This document shows, piece after piece, positions 62,742 to 64,000 of a stretch of 64,000 bases of DNA; position 1 is the first letter of the stretch, and every line of letters starts with the position of its first letter. This stretch comes from a virus. Its lineage: Duplodnaviria; Caudoviricetes. Location of the stretch: the IMG/VR virus record IMGVR_UViG_3300008262_000001; one strand, given 5' to 3'. The notes under the pieces were generated by a model. That model was not told the DNA's origin, ran no database searches, and was given only the letters and a program-made list of their open reading frames with translations. The position numbers and the translations under genes were made by a program.

Positions 62742-63280
62742 TTCTGTTTTTTGTAAATTTCAATTAGATCTCTAATCTTTGATGCTAACTCGTAATTTTC
62801 GTCTTTTAGAGCTTTTTCTAATTGCTTGTTGAGATCTACTGTTTCAGGATTGTCTTCCAATTCATCTTCGTCCACGACAACTTCTTTTGATATTACAACC
62901 ATTGGTGAAAAATGAATTTCTAAAACGGATTCTAAAATAGGGAAAAAACTTGTTCCACCTCCTGGTATTTCGTTACCGTCGTCGTCCATTTCTGGAATTT
63001 CCATTTCCCACTCTCCATTAACCCAAACCACATTCCAAGGACCGTACATGAATTGGCTCATATCGTTTTCCACTATGTGGTTAATTAAATTATTGATTTC
63101 ATCTTTAATGTGATCTGTTGTCAATTTAGTTCCTTTCGGCAGCTTTTTGACCCCAGGTATTTGAGTTGTTTCAGCACCAACTGTTCTCCCCACCATTTTA
63201 TAAAATTTGTGGATCAATGACCAGTCGATCGTGTCTAAAACCCTGTTAATCAACAGTTTATTTTTTTCCGATATCACCAT
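62738..63280 (-). CDS. Hypothetical protein with C-terminal UVR (UvrB/UvrC) motif
   Basis: LNKQLEKALKDENYELASKIRDLI. Confidence 0.7.
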   Translation of the reverse strand: MVISEKNKLLINRVLDTIDWSLIHKFYKMVGRTVGAETTQIPGVKKLPKGTKLTTDHIKDEINNLINHIVENDMSQFMYGPWNVVWVNGEWEMEIPEMDDDGNEIPGGGTSFFPILESVLEIHFSPMVVISKEVVVDEDELEDNPETVDLNKQLEKALKDENYELASKIRDLIEIYKKQK

Positions 63281-63288
63281 TCTCCTTT

Positions 63289-64000
63289 TTAATTTATAGC
63301 AGGAACTGTCTGAAGTGTTCCGGCGTTGTCTACATAAATCAGGGTTGGACTTGCCCCAGTAGTTCCCATAATTTGTTTCGCGTAAGTCGAAGTATCGTAT
63401 ATAAAAGTTGCAGAAGCAAAATTGCTATTGCTTACAAAGTGAGATTTTAAATACAAAGCAGTTTTAGATACTAGTGGAACTCCTATTTTTGAATTTGATA
63501 CCCAATTCAACTCGGAGTCTTGAATTTTACAAAGGAAAGAAGATCCTGCCGCAGTTTTAATTGTAGAGTTTCTAATAATATCATCTCCTCCACTTCCGTA
63601 GTTTTTAAACACGCATTGATTAATTTCGCTTAAATAACCTGTGTCAATATTACCTTCAACTGCAATCGAGGTACAATCTTCTAGAACAACTGAGTTAAAT
63701 GAATCATAAGGATTTATTACACTTCCACTTACTCGCTTTAAAGTTATGTTATTTATGTAAAGTTGCGAACCAATATCTTCAACTTCACTGAAAACTATCG
63801 TATTACAATCTTCTAATTTAATATTATATGTGAAATTTGTAGGGCTATTATAAGTATTTCTTAAGTTTAAAGTATTTCCTTGCGATCCGCCATCGAACGA
63901 AATGTCAGAAATATTCATTCGTGCTAGCTCACCTATGATTATATTATTTGGTATGTATGATTCCTCATATGTCGTGGAAGTGAAAGGATTATTAAAATCT
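63289..64000 (-). CDS. Beta-helix-like protein, probably a fibre or appendage (partial; runs off the right edge)
   Basis: The frame upstream of ATG 63918 is open to the window edge (DFNNPFTSTTYEESYIPNNIIIGELAR-M). Periodic I/L/V..N/D/C pattern (LEDCNTI, LEDCTSI, INQCVF, IRNSTI). Confidence 0.6.
   Translation of the reverse strand, partial: DFNNPFTSTTYEESYIPNNIIIGELARMNISDISFDGGSQGNTLNLRNTYNSPTNFTYNIKLEDCNTIVFSEVEDIGSQLYINNITLKRVSGSVINPYDSFNSVVLEDCTSIAVEGNIDTGYLSEINQCVFKNYGSGGDDIIRNSTIKTAAGSSFLCKIQDSELNWVSNSKIGVPLVSKTALYLKSHFVSNSNFASATFIYDTSTYAKQIMGTTGASPTLIYVDNAGTLQTVPAIN

Noticed and set aside
1-64000. Eukaryotic giant virus (suggested by the NEIL1-like gene, EKYG endonuclease and sugar genes)
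   Set aside because: The capsid is HK97/gp23-type with a myovirus baseplate, operons with overlapping stop/start codons and intrinsic terminators.
1-64000. Stop-codon reassignment as in some jumbo phages
   Set aside because: Standard-code ORFs tile the window almost completely and conserved enzymes appear full length.
1-64000. tRNA, rRNA, intron or intein
   Set aside because: Intergenic gaps are mostly under 150 nt and AT-rich, and I saw no cloverleaf, splice or intein motifs. A tRNAscan/Infernal run would be needed to exclude them formally.

Overview
This is a 64 kb, AT-rich, densely coding fragment of a large T4-superfamily (jumbo) myovirus genome. It uses the standard genetic code and most genes lie on the minus strand. 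It does not look like a bacterial chromosome or a eukaryotic giant virus. From left to right it holds: (1) a baseplate/neck/tail module (1-22174) with gp6-, gp25-, gp13-, gp5-, hub-, gp53/LysM- and tube-initiator-like genes, a 1749-aa unknown and a protein with 23/24-aa repeats, interrupted by a PD-(D/E)XK endonuclease, an amidoligase and a ribosomal protein S1 homolog; (2) a ~15 kb glycan biosynthesis and transfer cluster (24121-39307) with Gmd, a ColD-like dehydratase, an Fcl/ColC-like reductase, a KdsD-like isomerase, a NodU-type carbamoyltransferase, two methyltransferases and about ten glycosyltransferases; (3) a mixed-strand block of small proteins, RimK-protease, AsnB and a nucleotide kinase; (4) a head module with a gp23-like major capsid protein, a gp21 protease fused to a 14-aa-repeat scaffold, and many proteins carrying T4 internal-protein-like N-terminal tags; (5) repair-like genes (nucleotidyltransferase, 3'-5' exonuclease, NEIL1-like glycosylase, degenerate UvsE). 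A recurrent GATATATA motif upstream of genes looks like the late promoter. All product calls come from motif recognition by eye; no database search was run.
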